Assembly: GCA_032718475.1 (NCBI GenBank)
Contig: JAUCBJ010002998.1
Coordinates: 1 to 54,550 of the forward strand
Length of the DNA stretch: 54,550 nucleotides
From: Nemertoderma westbladi
Lineage: Eukaryota > Animalia > Xenacoelomorpha
Reading direction: 5' to 3'
Positions 25,801 to 40,098 of the stretch are shown here, piece by piece; the stretch's first letter is position 1; each line of letters opens with the position of its first letter. Both the position numbers and the translations under genes were made by a program. Below the pieces are notes generated by a model that was given only the letters and a program-made list of their open reading frames with translations, searched no databases and was not told where the DNA came from.

Positions 25801-28800
25801 TAGAATTTATATGTGGGGCCTGGGAATACAATGCTATAGAGTTTATATATGGGGCCTGGGAATACAATGCTATAGAGTTTATATATGGGGCCTGGGAATA
25901 CAAAGCAATAGAGTTTATATATGGGGCCTGGGAATACAACGCAATAGAGTTTATATTTGGGGCCTGGGAATACAAAGCAATAGAGTTTATATATGGGGCC
26001 TGGGAATAAAACGCAATAGAGTTTATATATGGGGCCTGGGAATACAATGCTATAGAGTTTATATATGGGGCCTGGGATTACAATGCAATAGAGTTTATAT
26101 ATGGGGCCTGGGAATATAACGCAATAGAGATTATATATGGGGCCTGGGAATACAATGCTATAGAGTTTATATATGGGGCCTGGGAATACAAAGCAATATA
26201 GTTTATATATGGGGCCTGGGAATACAAAGCAATAGAGTTTATATATGTGGCCTGGGAATACAACGCAATAGAGTTTATATGTGGGGCCTGGAAATACAAC
26301 GCAATAGAGTTTATATATGGGGCCTGGGAATACAAAGCAAAATAGTTTATATATGGGGCCTGGGAATACAAAGCAATAGAGTTTATATATGTGGCCTGGG
26401 AATACAACGCAATAGAGTTTATATATGGGGCCTGGGAATACAAAGCAATAGAGTTTATATGTGGGGCCTGGGAATACAAAGCAATAGAGTTAATATATGT
26501 GGCCTGGGAAAACAAAGCAATAAAATTTATATGTGGGGCCTGGGAATACAATGCTATAGAGTTTATATATGGGGCCTGGGAATACAATGCTATAGAGTTT
26601 ATATATGGGGCCTGGGAATACAAAGCAATAGAGTTTATATATGGGGCCTGGGAATACAAAGCAATAGAGTTTATATGTGGGGCCTGGGAATACAAAGCAA
26701 TAGAGTTTATATATGGGGCCTGGGAATACAACGCAATAGAGTTTATATTTGGGGCCTTGGAATACAAAGCAATAGAGTTTATATATGGGGCCTGGGAATA
26801 CAAAGCAATAGAGTTTATATTTGGGGCCTGGGAATACAAAGCAATAGAATTTATATGTGGGGCCGGGGAATACAAAGCAATAGAATTTATATGTGGGGCC
26901 TGGGAATACAAAGCAATAGAGTTTATATTTGGGGCCTGGGAATACAAAGCAATAGAGTTTATATGTGGGGCCTGGGAATACAAAGCAATAGAATTTATAT
27001 GTGGGGCCTGGAAATACAAAGCAATAGAGTTAATATATGTGGCCTGGGAAAACAAAGCAATAGAATTTATATGTGGGGCCTGGGAATACAATGCTATAGA
27101 GTTTATATATGGGGCCTGGGAATACAATGCTATAGAGTTTATATATGGGGCCTGGGAATACAAAGCAATAGAGTTTATATATGGGGCCTGGGAATACAAC
27201 GCAATAGAGTTTATATTTGGGGCCTGGGAATACAAAGCAATAGAGTTTATATATGGGGCCTGGGAATACAAAGCAATAGAGTTTATATTTGGGGCCTGGG
27301 AATACAAAGCAATAGAATTTATATGTGGGGCCGGGGAATACAAAGCAATAGAATTTATATGTGGGGCCTGGGAATACAAAGCAATAGAGTTTATATTTGG
27401 GGCCTGGGAATACAAAGCAATAGAGTTTATATGTGGGGCCTGGGAATACAAAGCAATAGAATTTATATGTGGGGCCTGGAAATACAAAGCAATAGAGTTA
27501 ATATATGTGGCCTGGGAAAACAAAGCAATAGAATTTATATGTGGGGCCTGGGAATACAATGCTATAGAGTTTATATATGGGGCCTGGGAATACAATGCTA
27601 TAGAGTTTATATATGGGGCCTGGGAATACAAAGCAATAGAGTTTATATATGGGGCCTGGGAATACAAAGCAATAGAGTTTATATGTGGGGCCTGGGAATA
27701 CAACGCAATACAGTTTATATATGGGGCCTGGGAATACAACGCAATAGAGTTTATATATGGGGCTTGGGAATACAACGCAATAGAGTTTATATATGGGGCC
27801 TGGGAATACAATGCTATAGAGTTTATATATGGGGCCTGGGAATACAAAGCAATAGAGTTTATATATGGGGCTTGGGAATACAAAGCAATACAGTTTATAT
27901 ATGTGGCCTGGGAATACAATGCAATAGAGTTTATATATGGGGCCTGGGAATACAAAGCAATAGAGTTTATATTTGGGGCCTGGGAATACAAAGCAATAGA
28001 ATTTATATATGGGGCCTGGGAATACAAAGCAATATAATTTATATATGGGGCCTGGGAATACAATGCTATAGAGTTTATATATGGGGCCTGGGAATACAAT
28101 GCTATAGAGTTTATATATGGGGCCTGGGAATATGGGAATACAAAGCAATAGAGTTTATATATGGGGCCTGGGAATACAATGCTATAGAGTTTATATATGG
28201 GGCCTGGGAATATGGGAATACAAAGCAATAGAGTTTATATATGGGGCCTGGGAATACAAAGCAATATAATTTATATATGGGGCCTGGGAATACAATGCTA
28301 TAGAGTTTATATATGGGGCCTGGGAATACAATGCTATAGAGTTTATATATGGGGCCTGGGAATATGGGAATACAAAGCAATAGAGTTTATACATGGGGCC
28401 TGGGAATACAAAGCAATAGAATTTATATATGTGGCCTGGGAATACAAAGCAATATAATTTATATGTGGGGCCTGGAAATACAAAGCAATAGAGTTTATAT
28501 ATGGGGCCTGGGAATACAAAGCAATAGAATTTATATATGTGGCCTGGGAATACAAAGCAATAGAGTTTATATATGGGGCCTGGGAATTCAAAGCAATATA
28601 ATTTATATATGTGGCCTGGGAATACAAAGCAATAGAGTTTTTATATGGGGCATGGGAATACAATGCAATAGAGTTTATATATGGGGCCTGGGAATACAAA
28701 GCAATAGAGTTTATATATGGGGCCTGGGAATACAAAGCAATAGAGTTTATATATGGGGCCTGGGAATACAAAGCAATATAGTTTTTATATGGGGCCTGGG

Positions 28801-31800
28801 AATACAAAGCAATAGAGTTTATATATGGGGCCTGGGAATACAAAGCAATAGAATTTATATATGGGGCCTGGGAATACAAAGCAATATAGTTTATATATGT
28901 GGCCTGGGAATACAAAGCAATAGAATTTATATGTGGGGCCTGGGAATACAAAGCAATATTAGTTTATATACGGGGCCTGGGAATACAACGCAATAGAATT
29001 TATATGTGGGGCCTGGGAATACAAAGCAATAGAGTTTATATATGTGGCCTGGGAATACAAAGCAATAGAATTTATATATGGGGCCTGGGAATACAATGCT
29101 ATAGAGTTTATATATGGGGCCTGGGAATACAATGCTATAGAGTTTATATATGGGGCCTGGGAATACAAAGCAATAGAGTTTATATATGGGGCCTGGGAAT
29201 ACAAAGCAATAGAATTTATATATGTGGCCTGGGAATACAAAGCAATAGAATTTATATGTGGGGCCTGGAAATACAAAGAAATAGAGTTTATATATGGGGC
29301 CTGGGAATACAAAGCAATAGAGTTTATATATGGGGCCTGGGAATACAAAGCAATATAATTTATATATGTGGCCTGGGAATACAAAGCAATAGAGTTTATA
29401 TATGTGGCCTGGGAATACAAAGCAATAGAATTTATATATGCGGCCTGGGAATACAATGCTATAGAGTTTATATATGGGGCCTGGGAATACAATGCTATAG
29501 AGTTTATATATGGGGCCTGGGAATACAAAGCAATAGAGTTTATATATGGGGCCTGGAATACAAAGCAATAGAATTTATATATGTGGCCTGGGAATACAAA
29601 GCAATAGAATTTATATGTGGGGCCTGGAAATACAAAGCAATAGAGTTTATATATGTGGCCTGGGAATACAAAGCAATAGAATTTATATATGGGGCCTGGG
29701 AATACAATGCTATAGAGTTTATATATGTGGCCTGGGAATACAAAGCAATAGAATTTATATGTGGGGCCTGGAAATACAAAGCAATAGAGTTAATATATGT
29801 GGCCTGGGAAAACAAAGCAATAGAATTTATATGTGGGGCCTGGAAATACAACGCAATAGAGTTTATATATGGGGCCTGGGAATACAATGCAATAGAGTTT
29901 ATATATGGGGCCTGGGAATACAATGCAATAGAGTTTATATATGGGGCCTGGGAATACAAAGCAATAGAGTTTATATGTGGGGCCTGGGAATACAAAGCAA
30001 TAGAGTTTATATTTGGGGCCTGGGAATACAAAGCAATAGAATTTATATGTGGGGCCTGGGAATACAAAGCAATAGAATTTATATGTGGGGCCTGGGAATA
30101 CAAAGCAATAGAGTTTATATTTGGGGCCTGGGAATACAAAGCAATAGAGTTTATATGTGGGGCCTGGGAATACAAAGCAATAGAATTTATATGTGGGGCC
30201 TGGAAATACAAAGCAATAGAGTTAATATATGTGGCCTGGGAAAACAAAGCAATAGAATTTATATGTGGGGCCTGGGAATACAATGCTATAGAGTTTATAT
30301 ATGGGGCCTGGGAATACAAAGCAATAGAGTTTATATATGGGGCCTGGGAATACAAAGCAATAGAGTTTATATGTGGGGCCTGGGAATACAACGCAATACA
30401 GTTTATATATGGGGCCTGGGAATACAACGCAATAGAGTTTATATATGGGGCTTGGGAATACAACGCAATAGAGTTTATATATGGGGCCTGGGAATACAAT
30501 GCTATAGAGTTTATATATGGGGCCTGGGAATACAAAGCAATAGAGTTTATATATGGGGCTTGGGAATACAAAGCAATACAGTTTATATATGTGGCCTGGG
30601 AATACAATGCAATAGAGTTTATATATGGGGCCTGGGAATACAAAGCAATAGAGTTTATATTTGGGGCCTGGGAATACAAAGCAATAGAATTTATATATGG
30701 GGCCTGGGAATACAAAGCAATATAATTTATATATGGGGCCTGGGAATACAATGCTATAGAGTTTATATATGGGGCCTGGGAATACAATGCTATAGAGTTT
30801 ATATATGGGGCCTGGGAATATGGGAATACAAAGCAATAGAGTTTATATATGGGGCCTGGGAATACAATGCTATAGAGTTTATATATGGGGCCTGGGAATA
30901 TGGGAATACAAAGCAATAGAGTTTATATATGGGGCCTGGGAATACAAAGCAATATAATTTATATATGGGGCCTGGGAATACAATGCTATAGAGTTTATAT
31001 ATGGGGCCTGGGAATACAACGCAATAGAGTTTATATATGGGGCCTGGGAATACAAAGCAAAATAGTTTATATATGGGGCCTGGGAATATGGGAATACAAA
31101 GCAATAGAGTTTATATATGGGGCCTGGGAATACACAGCAATAGAATTTATATATGTGGCCTGGGAATACAAAGCAATATAATTTATATGTGGGGCCTGGA
31201 AATACAAAGCAATAGAGTTTATATATGGGGCCTGGGAATACAAAGCAATAGAATTTATATATATGGCCTGGGAATACAAAGCAATAGAGTTTATATATGG
31301 GGCCTGGGAATTCAAAGCAATATAATTTATATATGTGGCCTGGGAATACAAAGCAATAGAGTTTTTATATGGGGCATGGGAATACAATGCAATAGAGTTT
31401 ATATATGGGGCCTGGGAATACAAAGCAATAGAGTTTATATATGGGGCCTGGGAATACAAAGCAATAGAGTTTATATATGGGGCCTGGGAATACAAAGCAA
31501 AATAGTTTATATATGGGGCCTGGGAATACAAAGCAATAGAGTTTATATATGGGGCCTGGGAATACAAAGCAATATAGTTTATATATGGGGCCTGGGAATA
31601 CAAAGCAATAGAGTTTATATATGGGGCCTGGGAATACAAAGCAATAGAATTTATATATGGGGCCTGGGAATACAAAGCAATATTAGTTTATATACGGGGC
31701 CTGGGAATACAACACAATAGAATTTATATGTGGGGCCTGGGAATACAAAGCAATAGAGTTTATATATGTGGCCTGGGAATACAAAGCAATATAATTTATA

Positions 31801-34800
31801 TATGGGGCCTGGGAATACAATGCTATAGAGTTTATATATGGGGCCTGGGAATACAATGCTATAGAGTTTATATATGGGGCCTGGGAATACAATGCTATAG
31901 AGTTTATATATGGGGCCTGGGAATATGGGAATACAAAGCAATAGAGTTTATACATGGGGCCTGGGAATACAAAGCAATAGAATTTATATATGTGGCCTGG
32001 GAATACAAAGCAATATAATTTATATGTGGGGCCTGGAAATACAAAGCAATAGAGTTTATATATGGGGCCTGGGAATACAAAGCAATAGAATTTATATATG
32101 TGGCCTGGGAATACAAAGCAATAGAGTTTATATATGGGGCCTGGGAATTCAAAGCAATATAATTTATATATGTGGCCTGGGAATACAAAGCCATAGAGTT
32201 TTTATATGGGGCATGGGAATACAATGCAATAGAGTTTATATATGGGGCCTGGGAATACAAAGCAATAGAGTTTATATATGGGGCCTGGGAATACAAAGCA
32301 ATAGAGTTTATATATGGGGCCTGGGAATACAAAGCAATATAGTTTTTATATAGGGCCTGGGAATACAAAGCAATAGAGTTTATATATGGGGCCTGGGAAT
32401 ACAAAGCAATAGAATTTATATATGGGGCCTGGGAATACAAAGCAATATAGTTTATATATGGGGCCTGGGAATACAAAGCAATATTAGTTTATATACGGGG
32501 CCTGGGAATACAACGCAATAGAATTTATATGTGGGGCCTGGGAATACAAAGCAATAGAGTTTATATATGTGGCCTGGGAATACAAAGCACTAGAATTTAT
32601 ATATGGGGCCTGGGAATACAATGCTATAGAGTTTATATATGGGGCCTGGGAATACAATGCTATAGAGTTTATATATGGGGCCTGGGAATACAAAGCAATA
32701 GAGTTTATATATGGGGCCTGGGAATACAAAGCAATAGAATTTATATATGTGGCCTGGGAATACAAAGCAATATAATTTATATGTGGGGCCTGGAAATACA
32801 AAGAAATAGAGTTTATATATGGGGCCTGGGAATACAAAGCAATAGAGTTTATATATGGGGCCTGGGAATACAAAGCAATATAATTTATATATGTGGCCTG
32901 GGAATACAAAGCAATAGAGTTTATATATTTATTGTGGCCTGGGAATACAAAGCAATAGAATTTATATATGCGGCCTGGGAATACAATGCTATAGAGTTTA
33001 TATATGGGGCCTGGGAATACAATGCTATAGAGTTTATATATGGGGCCTGGGAATACAAAGCAATAGAGTTTATATATGGGGCCTGGGAATACAAAGCAAT
33101 AGAATTTATATATGTGGCCTGGGAATACAAAGCAATAGAATTTATATGTGGGGCCTGGAAATACAAAGCAATAGAGTTTATATATGTGGCCTGGGAATAC
33201 AAAGCAATAGAATTTATATATGGGGCCTGGGAATACAATGCTATAGAGTTTATATATGTGGCCTGGGAATACAAAGCAATAGAATTTATATGTGGGGCCT
33301 GGAAATACAAAGCAATAGAGTTTATATATGGGGCCTGGGAATACAAAGCAATAGAGTTTATATATGGGGCCTGGGAATACAAAGCAATAGAATTTATATG
33401 TGGGGCCTGGAAATACAAAGCAATAGAGTTAATATATGTGGCCTGGGAAAACAAAGCAATATAATTTATATGTGGGGCCTGGAAATACAACGCAATAGAG
33501 TTTATATATGGGGCCTGGGAATACAATGCAATAGAGTTTATATATGGGGCCTGGGAATACAATGCAATAGAGTTTATATATGGGGCCTGGGAATACAAAG
33601 CAATAGAGTTTATATGTGGGGCCTGGGAATACAAAGCAATAGAGTTTATATTTGGGGCCTGGGAATACAAAGCAATAGAATTTATATGTGGGGCCTGGGA
33701 ATACAAAGCAATAGAATTTATATGTGGGGCCTGGGAATACAAAGCAATATAGTTTATATTTGGGGCCTGGGAATACAAAGCAATAGAGTTTATATGTGGG
33801 GCCTGGGAATACAAAGCAATAGAATTTATATGTGGGGCCTGGAAATACAAAGCAATAGAGTTAATATATGTGGCCTGGGAAAACAAAGCAATAGAATTTA
33901 TATGTGGGGCCTGGGAATACAATGCTATAGAGTTTATATATGGGGCCTGGGAATACAATGCTATAGAGTTTATATATGGGGCCTGGGAATACAAAGCAAT
34001 AGAGTTTATATATGGGGCCTGGGAATACAAAGCAATAGAGTTTATATGTGGGGCCTGGGAATACAACGCAATACAGTTTATATATGGGGCCTGGGAATAC
34101 AACGCAATAGAGTTTATATATGGGGCTTGGGAATACAACGCAATAGAGTTTATATATGGGGCCTGGGAATACAATGCTATAGAGTTTATATATGGGGCCT
34201 GGGAATACAAAGCAATAGAGTTTATATATGGGGCTTGGGAATACAACGCAATAGAGTTTATATATGGGGCCTGGGAATACAATGCTATAGAGTTTATATA
34301 TGGGGCCTGGGAATACAAAGCAATAGAGTTTATATATGGGGCTTGGGAATACAAAGCAATAGAGTTTATATATGGGGCTTGGGAATACAAAGCAATACAG
34401 TTTATATATGTGGCCTGGGAATACAATGCTATAGAGTTTATATATGGGGCCTGGGAATACAAAGCAATAGAGTTTATATATGGGGCTTGGGAATACAAAG
34501 CAATACAGTTTATATATGTGGCCTGGGAATACAATGCAATAGAGTTTATATATGGGGCCTGGGAATACAAAGCAATAGAGTTTATATATGGGGCTTGGGA
34601 ATACAAAGCAATACAGTTTATATATGTGGCCTGGGAATACAATGCAATAGAGTTTATATATGGGGCCTGGGAATACAAAGCAATAGAGTTTATATTTGGG
34701 GCCTGGGAATACAAAGCAATAGAATTTATATATGGGGCCTGGGAATACAAAGCAATATAATTTATATATGGGGCCTGGGAATACAATGCTATAGAGTTTA

Positions 34801-37800
34801 TATATGGGGCCTGGGAATACAATGCTATAGAGTTTATATATGGGGCCTGGGAATATGGGAATACAAAGCAATAGAGTTTATATATGGGGCCTGGGAATAC
34901 AATGCTATAGAGTTTATATATGGGGCCTGGGAATATGGGAATACAAAGCAATAGAGTTTATATATGGGGCCTGGGAATACAAAGCAATATAATTTATATA
35001 TGGGGCCTGGGAATACAATGCTATATAGTTTATATATGGGGCCTGGGAATACAATGCTATAGAGTTTATATATGGGGCCTGGGAATATGGGAATACAAAG
35101 CAATAGAGTTTATATATGGGTCCTGGGAATACAAAGCAATAGAATTTATATATGTGGCCTGGGAATACAAAGCAATAGAATTTATATGTGGGGCCTGGAA
35201 ATACAAAGCAATAGAGTTTATATATGGGGCCTGGGAATACAAAGCAATAGAATTTATATATATGGCCTGGGAATACAAAGCAATAGAGTTTATATATGGG
35301 GCCTGGGAATTCAAAGCAATATAATTTATTTATGTGGCCTGGGAATACAAAGCAATAGAGTTTTTATATGGGGCATGGGAATACAATGCAATAGAGTTTA
35401 TATATGGGGCCTGGGAATACAAAGCAATAGAGTTTATATATGGGGCCTGGGAATACAAAGCAATAGAGTTTATATATGGGGCCTGGGAATACAAAGCAAT
35501 ATAGTTTATATATGGGGCCTGGGAATTCAAAGCAATAGAGTTTATATATGGGGCCTGGGAATACAAAGCAATATAGTTTATATATGGGGCCTGGGAATAC
35601 AAAGCAATAGAGTTTATATATGGGGCCTGGGAATACAAAGCAATAGAATTTATATATGGGGCCTGGGAATACAAAGCAATATTAGTTTATATACGGGGCC
35701 TGGGAATACAACGCAATAGAATTTATATGTGGGGCCTGGGAATACAAAGCAATAGAGTTTATATATGTGGCCTGGGAATACAAAGCAATAGAATTTATAT
35801 ATGGGGCCTGGGAATACAATGCTATAGAGTTTATATATGGGGCCTGGGAATACAATGCTATAGAGTTTATATATGGGGCCTGGGAATACAAAGCAATAGA
35901 GTTTATATATGGGGCCTGTGAATACAAAGCAATAGAATTTATATATGTGGCCTGGGAATACAAAGCAATAGAATTTATATGTGGGGCCTGGAAATACAAA
36001 GCAATAGAGTTTATATATGGGGCCTGGGAATACAAAGCAATAGAGTTTATATATGGGGCCTGGGAATACAAAGCAATATAATTTATATATGTGGCCTGGG
36101 AATACAAAGCAATAGAGTTTATATATGTGGCCTGGGAATACAAAGCAATAGAATTTATATATGCGGCCTGGGAATACAATGCTATAGAGTTTATATATGG
36201 GGCCTGGGAATACAATGCTATAGAGTTTATATATGGGGCCTGGGAATACAAAGCAATAGAGTTTATATATGGGGCCTGGGAATACAAAGCAATAGAATTT
36301 ATATATGTGGCCTGGGAATACAAAGCAATAGAATTTATATGTGGTGCCTGGAAATACAAAGCAATAGAGTTTATATATGTGGCCTGGGAATACAAAGCAA
36401 TAGAATTTATATATGGGGCCTGGGAATACAATGCTATAGAGTTTATATATGTGGCCTGGGAATACAAAGCAATAGAATTTATATGTGGGGCCTGGAAATA
36501 CAAAGCAATAGAGTTTATATATGGGGCCTGGGAATACAAAGCAATAGAGTTTATATATGGGGCCTGGGAATACAAAGCAATAGAATTTATATGTGGGGCC
36601 TGGAAATACAAAGCAATAGAGTTAATATATGTGGCCTGGGAAAACAAAGCAATAGAATTTATATGTGGGGCCTGGAAATACAACGCAATAGAGTTTATAT
36701 ATGGGGCCTGGGAATATAACGCAATAGAGTTTATATATGGGGCCTGGGAATACAACGCAATAGAGTTTATATATGGGGCCTGGGAATACAAAGCAATAGA
36801 GTTTATATGTGGGGCCTGGAAATACAACGCAATAGAGTTTATATATGGGGCCTGGGAATACAACGCAATAGAGTTTATATATGGGGCCTGGGAATACAAC
36901 GCAATAGAGTTTATATATGGGGCCTGGGAATACAACGCAATAGAGTTTGTATATGGGGCCTGGAAATACAAGGCAATAGAGTTAATATATGTGGCCTGGG
37001 AATACAAAGCAATAGAATTTATATGTGGGGCCTGGAAATACAAAGCAATAGAGTTTATATATGTGGCCTGGGAATACAAAGCAATAGAATTTATATATGG
37101 GGCCTGGGAATACAATGCTATAGAGTTTATATATGTGGCCTGGGAATACAAAGCAATAGAATTTATATGTGGGGCCTGGAAATACAAAGCAATAGAGTTT
37201 ATATATGGGGCCTGGGAATACAAAGCAATAGAGTTTATATATGGGGCCTGGGAATACAAAGCAATAGAATTTATATGTGGGGCCTGGAAATACAAAGCAA
37301 TAGAGTTAATATATGTGGCCTGGGAAAACAAAGCAATAGAATTTATATGTGGGGCCTGGAAATACAACGCAATAGAGTTTATATATGGGGCCTGGGAATA
37401 CAACGCAATAGAGTTTATATATGGGGCCTGGGAATACAACGCAATAGAGTTTATATATGGGGCCTGGGAATACAAAGCAATAGAGTTTATATGTGGGGCC
37501 TGGAAATACAACGCAATAGAGTTTATATATGGTGCCTGGGAATACAACGCAATAGAGTTTATATATGGGGCCTGGGAATACAACGCAATAGAGTTTATAT
37601 ATGGGGCCTGGGAATACAACGCAATAGAGTTTATATATGGGGCCTGGGAATACAACGCAATAGAGTTTGTATATGGGGCCTGGAAATACAAAGCAATAGA
37701 GTTAATATATGTGGCCTGGGAATACAAAGCAATAGAATTTATATGTGGGGCCTGGAAATACAACGCATTAGAGTTTATATATGGGGCCTGGGAATACAAC

Positions 37801-38673
37801 GCAATAGAGTTTATATATGGGGCCTGGGAATACAAAGCAATAGAGTTTATATATGGGGCCTGGGAATACAAAGCAATAGAGTTTATATATGGGGCCTGGG
37901 AATACAACACAATAGAGTTTATATATGGGGCCTTGGAATACAAAGCAATAGAATTTATATATGGGGCCTGGGAATACAGAGCAATAGAGTTTATATATGG
38001 GGCCTGGAAATACAAAGCAATAGAGTTAATATATGTGGCCTGGGAATACAAAGCAATATAATTTATATGTGGGGCCTGGAAATACAACGCAATAGAGTTT
38101 ATATATGGGGCCTGGGAATACAACGCAATAGAGTTTATATATGGGGCCTGGGAATACAATGCAATAGAGTTTATATATGGGGCCTGGGAATACAACGCAA
38201 TAGAGTTTATATATGGGGCCTGGGAATACAACACAATAGAGTTTGTATATGGGGCCTGGGAATACAAAGCAATAGAGTTTATATATGGGGCCTGGGAATA
38301 CAACGCAATAAGTTTGTATATGGGGCCTGGGAATACAAAGCAATAGAGTTTATATATGGGGCCTGGGAATACAACGCAATAGAGTTTATATATGGGGCCT
38401 GGGAATACAACGCAATAGAGTTTATATATGGGGCCTGGGAATACAATGCAATAGAGTTTATATATGGGGCCTGGGAATACAAAGCAATAGAGTTTATATA
38501 TGGGGCCTGGGAATACAACGCAATAGAGTTTATGTAATATGGGGCCTGGGAATACAACGCAATAGAGTTTATATATGGGGCCTGGGAATACAACGCAATA
38601 GAGTTTATATATGGGGCCTGGGAATACAAAGCAATAGAATTTATATATGGGGCCTGGGAATACAACGCAATAG
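22828..38673. repeat. 36-bp satellite array, ~15.8 kb, ~440 copies
   Basis: Consensus GGGGCCTGGGAATACAAAGCAATAGAGTTTATATAT with recurring variants (AAC/AAT/AAA, +8 GGGAATAT, +3, +1). Confidence 0.99.
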
Positions 38674-39157
38674 CCTACATGATTCGGTCCGTGTTCCTTT
38701 TATATGTGACTAAAATCAGTGAAGATCGGCAGATCAGTGTGCAGTATTGTGCAGCATTGTGTATGAGTGAGACTGATAACGAAGCATTTCCTAAAGAATG
38801 CGCCATATATGTGAATTGTAACTAAGCCATATCGTTGTGAGTAGTTTAAGTCATAACTCTGTTTATATAGATAGAGCGCCACGTCCTAAAGGAACTGTTA
38901 ATATTTCCCGAAGGTGAATAATATTGTCAGAGATTATATAATACTGTCAGTCGAATAATACATTAGGCTTACATAGCAATAAAATTAAGCCGTCGAACCC
39001 AATCTCCCGGGTATATCCAACGGGTGAATGATCGCGCACAGATTGGTTTCGACTAGTGTAGTGAATTAAATACTTGTCATAGGCTAAAGGTGATTTATTA
39101 TCTAGAAGACATCCTAATTTGGCGGGTTAAACTGCCAAAGGTCTGAAAGCGCGAACA
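38674..39157 (+). repeat. 5' LTR (surviving 3' part)
   Basis: No mismatch seen against 48961-49444 (offset 10287); begins directly at the last satellite unit. Confidence 0.9.
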
Positions 39158-39524
39158 ATAACGGATATTGCTTCTTTATTGCAGTAAGCAATAAAGTTGA
39201 AAGTACCGGTCAACCGGTAAACCTGAACGGTACTTCTGTAGGTCAGTAGGCCCAACTGCCAGAACCGGTACTGCCGTAGGTCCGTAGGTCCGACTGCCAG
39301 AATCGGTACTTCAGTAGGTCGGTAGGCCTAACTGTCCTAACCGGTACTTCCCGTATAAGTACATTAGTATTATTCGATTTGATTGTTGTATACCGGTAGG
39401 TCTTAATAATTAATCAGGGACTGCAGCCCTGGTTTTTTATTGAGATTTTTACTTATTTCTGTCAAGTTTTATTTGTTTGTAGGCCAGTATTGAACAGAAG
39501 GCGTGTAAGCCTGATCAGATTGTA

Positions 39525-40098
39525 CAGACAATTTGTAGGCTGAGCTGTTGTCTGATTGCTGTTAAGTCTGAACGGATTGCAGTGTGTGTAGATCACCTGT
39601 CCAATTGAGTACGGTTAGGAAGTAGGGGCAGCGAACGCTGTAAGGTAAACCCCCAATTAAAGAATAAGTCGTACTACTGGGTTAGAACGCATACTGCCTA
39701 ATCATTTCGGAGTCTGCATGTCCTGTAGTTTATTTAGGCTTGAGAGTAGTCTGCCATCGTTTAGTCTGTACTTTGTTTGTGTAAGTCCGTACAGGTAGCG
39801 TATAATATTTATTTAGATAATTTGTAGACTGGATAGTTGTCTGGCTGTTATTAGGTCTGAACGGATTGTAGTGTGTGTAGAGCCTCTGTCCGATTAAGTA
39901 CGGTTAGGAAGTAGGGGCAGCCAATGCGGTAAGGTAAACCCCCAATTAAAGAATAAGTCGTACTACTGGGTTAGAACGCATACTGCCTAATCATTTCGGA
40001 GTCTGCATATACCGTAGTTTGTTTAGGCTTGATGGTAGTCTGTCGGTATTTGGTCTGCATTTTGTTTGAGTAGTTTGTACGCGTAGCGTAATATTTAT
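39525..40098. repeat. ~289-bp diverged tandem duplication in the retroelement 5' leader
   Basis: ACGGTTAGGAAGTAGGGGCAGC...TAAGGTAAACCCCCAATTAAAGAATAAGTCGTACTACTGGGTTAGAACGCATACTGCCTAATCATTTCGGAGTCTGCAT at 39611 and 39900. Confidence 0.9.

Noticed and set aside
22811-38665. Dozens of long ORFs (YSQAPYINSIAL, IWGLGIQSNRVY and GAWEYKAIEFIY repeats)
   Set aside because: A 36-bp unit is open in up to four frames at once and has frequent +1/+8 indels, so there is no frame conservation.
22828-38673. CRISPR-like array (36-bp repeat)
   Set aside because: Units are contiguous with no unique spacers, there are no cas genes, and the context is eukaryotic.
38700-38882. 60-aa ORF duplicated at 48987-49169
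   Set aside because: Lies in the LTR, has a non-ATG start and no motif.
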